This document shows, one piece after another, positions 26,650 to 37,550 of a DNA stretch of 64,000 nucleotides. Within the stretch, counting starts at the first letter, position 1. Every line of letters begins with the position of its first letter. Where the stretch lies: NCBI RefSeq assembly GCF_964355755.1, contig NC_092679.1, positions 23,419,432 to 23,483,431 of the forward strand. The letters run 5' to 3'. The position numbers and the translations under genes were made by a program. The DNA is from Antedon mediterranea. Taxonomy: Eukaryota > Animalia > Echinodermata. Below the pieces are notes generated by a model. The model was not told the origin of the DNA. It searched no databases and saw nothing but the letters and a program-made list of their open reading frames with translations.

Positions 26650-27819
26650 TACACGACATACAGTCTGAAACACTAAAGGGAAGCATGTATGTAGTAAAAG
26701 AGAATTAAATTCTTGGCCTTGTTATGGCTTATTTATCTCATATATTCGGATTGCACATGAAAAACTGGTCCAGAAAATAATATGAGAATGTCAACCTCCA
26801 ATTGGCACAAAATGAATTAATTGACAAGATTAACGTGATCAGATGGGAGAAATGTCTTGCATTTTGGGTCAAAGGTCAGTAACGTTATTTCCGGTCATTT
26901 TTACAGATAATGTTCTATTAGTTTGAATATAAACATCTATATTCTGGAGAGTTTGACACCAATTACAACTTTCTGTGTCGAGTAGTTACGAAGATATGAT
27001 ATCTGTTAGATATTGGGTCAAAGGTCAATAGAGGTATTTCCGGCCATTTTCTGACAAAATGTTCCATCACATCAAATAGGAACATGTACATTCCGAACAA
27101 TTTGACACCAAAATCAACTCTCTATGACCAGTGGTTGCCAAGATATCATAGTCTACTGTAACTGGCAGCCATTTTGAAAAAAGCGCCCTCACGCGAAAGT
27201 TCTCAGGTTACAGCCCGTTTACCCAATATATTTGGATTCCCCAGAAAAAACTGGTCTAGAAAAGTCATATGAGAATTTCTACCTCTCCGGGTGGCACCTA
27301 CCTCATTCATAGCCTAGTCTACACCGATAAGCAAATGTTTCAACTTCATTTTCTGTTGTACACGTCACGCTAAAGTCTTCGCCGGCTTTTGCCACCGAAT
27401 ACCATGGGGTGATGACAAGTTCAGGTTTGCAGGAATATATAAAAGTAACAAGTATAACGATACATATTCTTTGAAAGACCACCATGATGTTGAAGGAAAA
27501 TATAGATAAACATAAACAATATTTAGGAAGTAGTTCGGCTATTGAAATAAAGTACTAATAATTTGCTGTACGTTCTAGCAGGACTGCCTGTTTGATGTAG
27601 TCAGTAAATATGGTGATGGTTTAATAAGCTGTAACAGTAATAATAATTAATACATGTTTCAGTAAACTCAGTAATAGTAAATAGAAACTATGGTAACAAT
27701 ATTAACAATTCAACTAACAGTTTAAAAGCGTAAAACAACATATTCCAACTATCAACAAATGAGGTCAAGGGTCAACCTCTCGGTACACACCTTGCGTGCT
27801 TCTCCGCCGCACACGGCTA

Positions 27820-28068
27820 TATCGTTAATAATTGTCGTATTCGATTGGGAACTTTCGTTTTCAACGTAAAGATTCGTTGAGTACTTTTTGTATTCGAATT
27901 GTAAATTTGTGCTCAACAGAAAGTCATTCGAATAGAAAACGTTGACAACGAAAGCTTTTTCGTTAAGAACAATCTCAACGCTCAAAATACTCCGTTAAAG
28001 AAGTACTCAACGGAAAAACTGTACTCAACGGTGAAAGTCTAAATCGAATACGACAATTATTATCAATG
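27820..28068. mobile_element. MITE-like inverted repeat upstream of Ig copy A
   Basis: TAATAATTGTCGTATTCGATT (~27826) / AATCGAATACGACAATTATTA (~28042); internal CGTTGAGTAC/GTACTCAACG repeats. Confidence 0.65.
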
Positions 28069-28920
28069 CATACATAGAGTCCTAACTTTATATCAACAAT
28101 AGGCCTATAATTCTAAAGTCAACACTAACGAAATATGCACAGTAGATGCTATAGTGCTCGAATAACTAACTAAGCTCATTATAACAATAAAAACGTAAAA
28201 TGAAATATTAGCATACATTCTTACGCATCAAGTCTGAATATCTACATCATGTCGTAAGGTAGTTTCAGGCAGTAACCTATAACACAAGAATCTCCTGTTC
28301 TTCAATTTGCATTCAAAACACAGTATCGGAAGTACAGGGTTAAAAGGTCAAACTGGGCGACGCCTTTTCACAGCATGGAGCAGCGCCCCCTCTAAACTAG
28401 GAAGTCAATCACTTTACCCCCCCCCCCCCTAGAGTATTAGCAGATCCCCTCTATGATTTTGACTTTCTAATTTGATGCGCCCTACTCCTCAGTCAATTAC
28501 TCTAATCCCCCCTAGAGCATTAGCAGATCCCCTCTATGGAGCGGGCGCCCTACTCCATGGCTCACAATGGCGCAGTGGTGGCGCCAGCGGGGGGGGGGGG
28601 GGGCTACGGGGGGGCTCTATCCCCCTCGTCGGGGAGCCTAGCCCCCCCCGTCGGGGAACACGGGTACTTTTTGTCGGGGAATATAATATACAGTAAAAAG
28701 CGTTCGCGTTCACTTTGTAGCTTCAGCGCCTAGAAAACCACGACGTTTCATTGACCGTGAGTACATCAGAGGGCTATATGCAGCCAGCGATCTAGCTATT
28801 TAAAACATGACAGTAGCTAGGTACGCACTTGTCTGGCGGTATCCCTTTGTACGAATCGTTCAACGTTGGGTCGAGACGCGTGATATCAAGTTCCATCCAG
28901 GGACCAAAATGTGTAATAAA

Positions 28921-29999
28921 GGCCCTGTTTCTGCTGCCAACTAAATACCGTATATTATACGGTATTTTTTGAATACCGTATATATACGGTATATTTTTGG
29001 CAGCAGATACTGCGCTCATAAAAAATATACCGTTAAATTAGTAATTCGTTTGAACGGATTAGTAATCCGTTTGAACAAATTAGTAATCCGTTTAAACAAA
29101 TTAGTAATTTGTTTGAACGGATTAGTAATCCGTTCAAACGAATTACAACATATACTTTGAATGGCACTTGTTGTATATGTTGCAATTCGTTTGAACGGAT
29201 TACTAATTCGTTTGAACAGATTATTAATCCGTTCAAACGAATTACTAATTCGTTATAACGGATTACGTTCGAAAAACATATACTTAAAATGGCATTAATG
29301 GGCTTTCGTAGTATACCGTATTTTCCCCACAAAATTTGTGGATAAAATACGGTATTTACAAATTTATACCGTATTTTTTGTACCCGTTTCTGCTGCCAAT
29401 AAAAAATACCGTATTTTTTTTTTTACATGACAAAAGGTCAACATTCGTGTTTTTATTTTCTGTCGCTGTCAGCTGCTTTACACACGTGTATAGATATATT
29501 TGGCGAAAATGTGGAGTGAAGACGTCACAGTTTTACTAAATAAATGTGTGTGGGGAAGCTAAAATGTCTGGCCAACTAAAAGGTAATAAAAGGGACAACC
29601 ACATTTATAAAGACATTTCTAAAAAAATAAAGCAGGAGTATGGAATAGACTTGTCTCCAAAGCAAGTAAACTCAAAGCTGAAGAGCCTGCGAAAGCAGTA
29701 GGCCTACAACATTGTAAAATACAATAACTCGGGGAGGGAACGAATTAATTGTCCCCATTACGATGTTTTCTGTGCTCTCACAACATCTCTATCACTAGGG
29801 CTAGGCTGTTGAAAGTGAGACGTAAAATTTCCTTTATTGCGACTTTTAATTATCGATCAAATAAATGAATGGCAATTTGGGTAAAAAAGATGAAATTTAA
29901 CACGACCACCCAAGAAGTATGTTAGCAGAAACTACGGGGTACTAAAAAATACGGTATAAAAAATACCGTATTTTGAGCAGTTGCAGCAGAAACAGGCCC
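28921..29999 (+). mobile_element. PIF/Harbinger-like element with degenerate Myb/SANT remnant
   Basis: TIR GG(C/G)CCTGTTTCTGCTGC; ~29509-29765 translates, with frameshift and stop, to 'MWSEDVTVLL..W..NKRDNHIYKDISKKI...SPKQVNSKLKSLRKQ..NNSGRERINCPHYD'. Confidence 0.7.
29035..29270. repeat. Palindromic array of 21-bp units (TTAGTAATCCGTTTGAACRRA)
   Basis: About 5 forward units followed by about 4 inverted units; explains spurious ORFs 28969..29160 and 29033..29332. Confidence 0.8.
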
Positions 30000-31313
30000 G
30001 TAGTTATTTTCCAGGCGAAGTTTACCGGTTACCGAAGGAAACACGGGTACTTTTTGTCGGGGAATATAATATACAGTAAAAAGCGTTCGCGTTCACTTCG
30101 TAGCTAGCTTCAGCGCCTAGAAAACCGCGACGTTTCATTGACCGTGAGAGTACGTCAGAGTGATATTATGCACTTTATATGCATTCATTATTGCCAGCGA
30201 TCTAACTTACTACTAAACAATAGATATGTTCGCACTTGTCTGGCGGTATCCCTTTGTACGAATCGTTCAACGTTGGGTCGAGACGCGTGATATCATGTTC
30301 CATCCAGGGACCAAAATGTGTACTGTAGTTATTTTCCAGGCGAAGTTTACTGACGGTTACGTCGTGTACTGCGTCGACGTACGCTACACTACAGCAAAAA
30401 CGAATTATGTTAATTGTTCGTATGTTCACCAATTTGTTTAATTTACAAGTAACCTTCTGTACCGTGGGGCACCTAAAATAAATTTTTCATCCATTACTAA
30501 ACAAAAAAACATGCCATTTTCGCTTAGCCCAACATCTTATTATAGCTAAGTTATTACATTTTCAATGTCCTGTATGTCATGAATTTCTCACCACTCGGAA
30601 GTCCAGATGGTACGCACGCATACACTTGGGAGGAATAAACTTATTTCCCCGACTGAAAAAGGTCTACGCTTGCGTTTTTTAAGCCTCTAGGCCTGATGTT
30701 TCCGAAGTATAAAATACAATTTTTTGAAGACCTGCAGCTCTAGTTTTAAACGGTTTCTTACCTCAGCCCCAACAATAAAGCTGGTCATATTTCGAAGTAC
30801 AAGAAGTGCATTTTCCGGGACCTAACATCTCTATTTTTCAAACATTTCTTAGCTCAGTCACAACCTTGATAGGGACTTATATATTTTGTTTCATGTTTTG
30901 AAGTATAATAAGTCCAATTTCCGGGACCTCCAACTCTATTTTTCTAAATTTTCTTTGAACTTTTATTTTTTAAATTGAAAAATATGGATTGAAACAGTCA
31001 TCGCGCATCGTTTTTTTGCACGCAGTATTTTATTTATGCATTATAAAAAATGGAAAAAATGGCTACCCTAAATCTGATTAAAATGGCTTCAAATGACGCT
31101 AGAACGCGTTGCTTCCGGGGGTTTCTCCCCCTGGACGCTTCGCTCGCATAGCCCCCTCGTGTTGGGGAATGTAGTCCCTGCGTCGGGAAGATCCTGGCGC
31201 CACCCCTGCAATGGCGCCACCCATAGCTCTATTCTATCCCACAATGCCTTTCGAAATTGTTACGCGCTTCGGACGAACAGGAGATTCTTGTGTTATAAGT
31301 TCTTTGATAATAG

Positions 31314-32025
31314 AAAAGAATATCACAAGAATAAGTATTCCGCGATTTTTGCATGAGAAATCTGTAACAGAGAGTGTTGCCACCAGGCTCATAAGGGCGG
31401 ATGTATACAGACTAAATAAAACTTGATTTAAGATATTATACATGTCACATTAAATAGAATTATGATAATATATTTTGCAAATGTAAACTATTTTATAATA
31501 CATATTTAATAACAAACTACAGTAGTGTACATTCACTTCTAAAGACAATTATTTACTAACATGCTAAATTAGTTCACAAAAAAGGCCTAACAAACAGCAA
31601 CACCAAAAATCAACGAAGCGTTACTCAGCACTGCCTATTCTTTCCATTACCGCGTACTAATCTACGCCCGGTAAATTAAGTATTCTTTTATGATATAAAT
31701 TAGTATAAAATACATGTTATTAATATAGGATACAATGTTAAATTTCATTAACATTTATTTGTTTTACCAGAAACAAGTTAAATATAGGAATATTATTAAA
31801 CTATCCTTCGTGAAAACGCGTACACCATGAAGAACATGATGTTGGCATGTAGTTGATAACATTTTTTATCATGAAAATACTACCGGTGGTCCCGCCTTGA
31901 TTAGTGTTTAACCGTCACAAAAAGTTGTATACATCCCAGATACATCCTCACTTATGGCGGCGCCCTACCACATGGACAATATTACTGTTACATGGAAAAT
32001 CGCGGATTACTCATTCTTTTCTTTG
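31314..32025. mobile_element. Second, inverted and more decayed copy of the P-like element at 7810-8641
   Basis: Reverse complement matches throughout (e.g. GGCGCCCTACCACATGGACAATATTACTGTTACA), with an internal deletion and eroded TIRs. Confidence 0.85.
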
Positions 32026-32765
32026 AATAACTTGATAATATTATTATTCCGAATGTTCTCAACTTACTTTCTTTTAAGGAGATTCATGTTGAACCACAAA
32101 CCGTTTACCAGAGAACATATCAGTTGAAAAAAAACAATAACTGTTTGAAATGTTAAACAATTATTAGTAACAATACTTTGTTAATTCAGTTACGTAATAA
32201 ACAATTGTTGAATAAATAATTAAACGTTGACATGGACTACAAATTCAATTCAAAGTGAAATATATTAACTTTAAAAATAACAGTTTTAACAAGAAGAAGG
32301 TAAAAAAATAAACGATGTTCAAAAGAAGCATACTGCTCGTTGGAGACATTCCAAAGATAAAGATAAAAAAGCAAAGGAAAAAAAAAAACTCCAAAAATAT
32401 CACGACGATAAAATCATGTACTCTGTCTCGGACATTTACATTAGTCAGAAACAGTAACATACTGTATAAACGTATACGCATATTTTTATTTAAATTAGTC
32501 TATATAGGGAAATGTCTCCCTAATGTTGTCAACATTTCAAAATTCTCCCTAATATCAAATTATAACACTTTCTATTTAGTTTGGGTTTTAGGCCCTATAG
32601 TTTATTTTATTTATTTGTATCCCACCTATATTTACCTCCCTCTTAACTTATTATGCATTCTAATTCAATTCAATGGTGGTTTATTCAAAATAAAATACAA
32701 TGCAGAAACAAACTGAATTGCGCCAAATGTACATTCAAATATAAAAAGTATATATATATATATAT

Positions 32766-33205
32766 AGCAGACGGTCCGAGTTCGAGTCTCGGTTGGGACG
32801 ACTTTTTCTCATTCTCACAGATTTCCTCATCTTTATCACCGGGTGGTTTGGAATTTATTTCTATGCCTGTTGTGTTTATATATATATATATATTTGAAAC
32901 GATAAAGATGAGGAAATCTGTGAGAATGAGAACTAGTGCTGTTCCGCCGTACCACGCCGAGAATGTTAAAGAGTCACTATCCAATCGAGTTTGAACAATA
33001 CCATGAAAGCCTCAGTAGTCTAATGGTTAGGGCAACTGCATATCAAGCAGACGGTCCGAGTTCGAGTCTCGGTTGGGGCGACTTTTTCTCATTCTCACAG
33101 ATTTCCTCATCTTTATCGTTTCAAATTAATTAATTAAATTTCAGTATATCACCGGGCGGTTTAGAATTAATGTTCTTTGCCTACTGTGTTTACATATGTA
33201 TATAT
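32766..33205 (+). mobile_element. tRNA-containing interspersed repeat (one partial and one full unit) bounded by (TA)n
   Basis: Cloverleaf at 33009-33080 enclosed by a ~37-bp inverted repeat (32897-32933 / 33085-33122); partial unit at 32766-32880. Confidence 0.7.
33009..33080 (+). pseudogene. tRNA-like cloverleaf, anticodon position reads ATC; probably repeat-borne
   Basis: Acceptor GCCTCAG/TTGGGGC, anticodon stem CTGC/GCAG with loop ATATCAA, T-arm CCGAG-TTCGAGT-CTCGG. Confidence 0.55.
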
Positions 33206-34393
33206 ATGATTTAATTTACAAGTTCATCAAAATATAAAATGTATACAACATATAATTCTATACCACCCTGCAGTGATAATACTGGAAATTGTTGATGAAT
33301 GAGCCTGTATTTTAGCTATTGTATTTGTACAGTACTCTGATAGTCCATTTAGAATTTATATTTTGTATTTACTGTAACAAAGTGAACTTAATTTGAATAA
33401 ATATTCGGGAATTAAAAAATGATAAACAATGTAATAATTTATTTTAATAATAAAAATAATAATACTTTTATATAGCGCCTTTTCAATAAAAATTGTTCAA
33501 AGCGCTTTACAATACATAGCATAGTAATAAGCAGAATATAAAACATATATTTAAATAATTATTATACATTGCCTGGCATAAGACTTAAAACAATTATTTA
33601 CATTTCAAATCATTTGAATTTAGTTTAATTCATAATACTATTCACTGTTGCTAATTGTTGCACTATCACTGCTGTATTGTTCCTGTCTATAAAATCATAG
33701 ATGCCTTTTATTTTAGATGTTCATACCCGCCCGCAACCCGCCTCATTTCTTTGGAAGTTTAAAAGAGGTTTATGTGATATTTCCCCAAATCCTCTTCTTT
33801 TCCATTTGAGCTGTCTCTGATAGTGATATCAAATCTGAAGGGTTTAAGTTATATGTTTATATTCCTGGAAACAGCCAGTGATGTCTCCAGAATGGAAAAG
33901 AGAATTTAATCAGGTATGATACGTGTAAATGTTTTACCTTTTACATGGATTTATGGATCCGCCACTATACATTTTGCCGCACTAAGATTCTGTTCCAATT
34001 GGCCGCAGTCAGAGTAATGTTTTATTCGACGTCTTTTCATATTGAATTTTTAATTACTTTATTCGAAAATGTTTCTCAATGATAAACACGTGCGCAACAA
34101 TATGGCTAAAACGTTTCAACACAATACGCGGGTGTACACATGACACCAGCCACTGATTTCTTCGCATCGCGATATTTCTACAAAACACTTAATTTTAGTA
34201 TATCTTGGATATAACGTTGTAATGAGTGAGATGAGTGACGACGTACGCTCATACAGCAAGAAGGTACGGGGTTCGCTGTAGTTCAAGGGGGTGGGGTGGT
34301 TTTGCTGTACAGTGGGTGGGGGAATCCATAAAACCCACCTGGCTAGGGGCCTGAGTATAGGCTGTTTGAATCGATGTCTAATTGTAGGCCTAC

Positions 34394-35989
34394 TTAGGGT
34401 TGTCTTCTTATCTGACGCTCATAATGGTTCTTGTCAATTGCTGCATCTTCAATGCTGTAATATATGTATTCCTGTAGGTAAGGTGACTCATCACGACAGA
34501 CAGGATTGCATTGAAGCACCGACGATTGACGTGTTTCAGATGTCACGCAACCGGCCGGCAGACTATTGTGAAAGGAACATGACGTTTGGTGGTCGTTCTG
34601 TGGAATCTTCGAATCAGGTAAGGAAGTAGCACGGCAAGACGGCTGGTAATATCTCTGATCTAGGCACCCTCCAATGAAACTATTGGCACTACAGGATTCA
34701 TCGTTACGAAGGAGAGACCCTCCCAGCCAGAAATTAGGTCTGTCATTGACATTACAAGACGAACCATCACAAGGCGCTAGCGTTTTGTTGGACGTATCGA
34801 ACGAAGTTATTGTCATAGGTATATACTGTGGAGGAACATCATGAGGGTTATTGTCTGCCAAACCAGGAAGATCTTGTGTTCGAAGACGTCTGGTTCGTAC
34901 CAGTGTGACTATAAGAATGACGAGCATTACACAAGTTGTAGCTAGTAAACAAAACAAGATTATTTCAGTGGTATTAAATACTGGAGATGATTTTTTACTT
35001 TCTGGAATAATATAATAAATGGTATTCAAACCAGCAGTGGTGGTCGACATAGCGTACTCAGTAGGGCTAACCAGGTACGTTGTTTTATAATATCCTTCCT
35101 TGTCCAACAATACAGACATTTCACCGTCGTTAAGATTCCCCTGAACAAAACAAGTTACAAGTACTGCAGTGGATAGAGTGTCGGCTGGTATTAAAACTGT
35201 CGGCTCACTTGGTTCACCAGTAAACACTGAACATACGTTAGAACTCCATTTATAGACCAAATCAAACTGATTGTCATCTTGAATGTTGCATTCTAATAGA
35301 AATGTTCCATTTGTTAACAAGTTTATGTCTATAGACACGTTCATAGGTGGTGATAGGCCTATATTTAAATCGAATTTACACTCACTAACGGTGTTCTCGG
35401 GTGTACGTGCAACGCAGCGTACCTCGGTTCCATTCAACTGTGCATTTGCGATGAATTGAAGCTGTGAGCTGTTGACAGAATCATAATCATTTCGGATTGT
35501 AATATTAGGATATACAACACCTTCCCATCTCGGATAGTCCTCCCAGAGTCCTACTGAAGCGGAACAACCAAGTGTGATGTTTTCTCCGGCAACAAAATTC
35601 AATTTTGATTGCTCGCATTCAAAAACTTTTACTTCGGCACTTTCAAGAAAGTAACGTTTGATACCATTTGCTTCACAACTGTATCTTCCAGTATCTTGAA
35701 GTTTAACAGGACTAAACAGCAAAGTCAATGTATCGGAGGTTTCGTTGTATGTTGTTTGTATACGACTGTTATGTTCATTTTTAATTGGTATTCTTCTCTT
35801 GGGGTTCTGTTTATCATCACGCAACCACCGATAAGCAAATGTTTCAACTTCATTTTCTGTTGTACACGTCACGCTAAAGTCTTTCCCGGCTTTTGCCACC
35901 GAATACCATGGGGTGATGACAAGTTCAGGTTTGCAGGAATATATAACAGTAACAAGTATAACGATACATATTCTTGGAAAGACCACCAT
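34394..35989 (-). CDS. Intronless type I membrane Ig-superfamily receptor, copy B (signal peptide, 3 Ig-like domains, TM, Tyr-rich tail)
   Basis: ORF 34394..36058; probable start ATG 35989 (MVVFPRICIV, matches paralogues); C..W..'DTGRYSC'; TM 'IILFCLLATTCVMLVILIVTLV' then RTRR; tail YIPM, YLQEYIYYSI, NHYE. Confidence 0.88.
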   Translation of the reverse strand: MVVFPRICIVILVTVIYSCKPELVITPWYSVAKAGKDFSVTCTTENEVETFAYRWLRDDKQNPKRRIPIKNEHNSRIQTTYNETSDTLTLLFSPVKLQDTGRYSCEANGIKRYFLESAEVKVFECEQSKLNFVAGENITLGCSASVGLWEDYPRWEGVVYPNITIRNDYDSVNSSQLQFIANAQLNGTEVRCVARTPENTVSECKFDLNIGLSPPMNVSIDINLLTNGTFLLECNIQDDNQFDLVYKWSSNVCSVFTGEPSEPTVLIPADTLSTAVLVTCFVQGNLNDGEMSVLLDKEGYYKTTYLVSPTEYAMSTTTAGLNTIYYIIPESKKSSPVFNTTEIILFCLLATTCVMLVILIVTLVRTRRLRTQDLPGLADNNPHDVPPQYIPMTITSFDTSNKTLAPCDGSSCNVNDRPNFWLGGSLLRNDESCSANSFIGGCLDQRYYQPSCRATSLPDSKIPQNDHQTSCSFHNSLPAGCVTSETRQSSVLQCNPVCRDESPYLQEYIYYSIEDAAIDKNHYERQIRRQP

Positions 35990-37344
35990 GATGTTGAAGG
36001 AAAATATTGACTTGATCTTAATAAGATCAATCCTGTGCGTAAAACTGCGATGTTCCAAACAATTCGATTAAGACTGATTTAATTTTAATTGCGGTAATCG
36101 TTTATATAACACATAAACAAAATTAAAACAAGGAAGTGTAACCACAATTTCATATTACCTATGAAATAAAAACTGCAATACTACTAGTTTTAAATGTATT
36201 CCTAAGAATTTGTAGGCATAATAATATGATCCGTTTGAATATTGTTTCCTTCATTTTGTTTGTTTCTTAACTAAAATAATAACAAGCCAAGTAATTTCGA
36301 GATGTTGTTTTGATCAAATTTCATGTAAAGCTTAGTTCCAACTTTTAGACGCAACGCAAGTGAGTTGACCAATCACAAGTGACAGATCGGATAATCCATG
36401 GCTTGCGATTGGTCGAATCACTGTCGTTGCGTCGTATTAGGAACCAAGCTTTAAATAAGATGATATTCATTTTAGATTTAACTAGTTTGTTCAAATTAAT
36501 AATTGTACAAGTTTGAGATCTACAGTATTTTGTTCTACTATGTAAAAGAACCCGTTTAAACAAAACGAACCTTTGTTGTTATCGCTTTATTTAGTAATTT
36601 GGGAAGTGGTGTTTAATGACGAGAAACTACACCTTTATTTTCAATAGATTTCTGTAAATAGACAAAACCGTAAAGTAAATAAAAACAATTCATTTTTTAA
36701 TGTTATATCATTCAAAATTAACCGATGCTTTGGCTTGTGGTTTAACAGGAAACTACACCTACCCAGAAATAGATTTCTATGAAGGAATTCGGTATCGTAT
36801 TTTTAAAAAACAATTTTTGGATAAAAAACATCCGTTTTATATATCGTCAAAAATGATATTTTTTTTTTATTATTTAACATTTATTAAGTACTATAGTAGA
36901 ATCCCTATAAAAGTGATACTTGGATAGAGGTTCCCGTTTACGCGAGACGTAACGGTGTGTCCTCTAAATAGAGGTGTCAGATGGAAGGGATTTGGAAGTA
37001 ATTTTCCTTCCAAATGTTGTTTTCTTTTTTTTTTTGTATTTATTATTTTTTAATATCACGAACTTGTATAAAAACAATCACTGTTGATTGAACGAGTTGT
37101 ACTGTGCATCAGTCTCGTGTCAAAATAAAGTTTATACTGCAGTATATAGAATACATAACGTTAGATGTATTGATGCAAAACCAAACACAATAATAGAAAG
37201 ATAAAAAATATTTAGTCGAAATACACATAAATTACATATAAAAAAGTCACAGATAGTAGAAAGACATTTACTGCAGTGGAGTTTAATTTGTAAATAGGCC
37301 AACGATATAATGGAACTATGGTTATTTAACAATACAACTTATAT

Positions 37345-37550
37345 ATACATATATATAAACACAACAGGCAAAGAACATTAATTCTAAACCGCCCGGTGAT
37401 ATACTGAAATTTAATTAATTAATTTGAAACGATAAAGATGAGGAAATCTATGAGAATGAGCCCCAAACCGAGACTCGAACTCGGACCGCCTGCTTGATAT
37501 GCCGATGTCCTAACCATTAGACCACTGGGGCTTTAATGGTATATATATAT
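37345..37550 (-). mobile_element. Another, diverged copy of the tRNA-containing repeat
   Basis: Reverse complement of ~33000-33200, flanked by (TA)n. Confidence 0.8.

Larger units (their letters stand above)
23481..27321. mobile_element. Foldback (palindromic) non-autonomous Academ (XPG-type, AcademX) DNA transposon
   Basis: Termini TAGACTAGGCTATGAATGAGG...CCTCATTCATAGCCTAGTCTA (TAG..CTA); 3-bp TSD CAC at 23478-23480 and 27322-27324, verified against the uninterrupted paralogue at ~35826. Arms 23481-~25184 and ~25432-27321 are inverted copies. Confidence 0.88.
22577..27485 (-). pseudogene. Ig-superfamily receptor copy A, split by a transposon and lacking the cytoplasmic tail
   Basis: 27485-27322 encodes MVVFQRICIVILVTFIYSCKPELVITPWYS...ETFAYR; 23480-22600 continues WLRDDKQNPKRR... 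in register with ORF 34394..36058. Confidence 0.92.
28573..31208. mobile_element. Non-autonomous hAT-type element
   Basis: TIR CAG(T/G)GGTGGCGCCAG; 8-bp TSD CAATGGCG at 28565-28572 and 31209-31216; internal direct duplication ~28658-28915 vs ~30039-30322. Confidence 0.85.
28274..31306. mobile_element. Outer TIR element (P-like ends) containing nested insertions
   Basis: AAC(C/T)TATAACACAAGAATCTCCTGTTC inverted at 28274-28300 and 31275-31301; right end reads CAAAGAA.. on the minus strand. No clear TSD. Confidence 0.6.

Noticed and set aside
23481-27321. RAG/Transib transposon in an Ig gene
   Set aside because: No CACAGTG heptamer or nonamer ends, the TSD is 3 bp rather than 5 bp, and the ORFs are XPG-like rather than RAG1-like.
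33009-33080. Functional tRNA-Asp(ATC) gene
   Set aside because: Imperfect D-arm and anticodon loop, embedded in a repeat with partial and diverged copies.
32245-33133. Several overlapping short ORFs
   Set aside because: Low-complexity or repeat-derived sequence with no recognisable protein features.
34410-34500. Canonical ITAM/ITIM in the receptor tails
   Set aside because: Tyrosines are conserved but spacing and the -2 residues do not fit the consensus; reported only as tyrosine-rich motifs.
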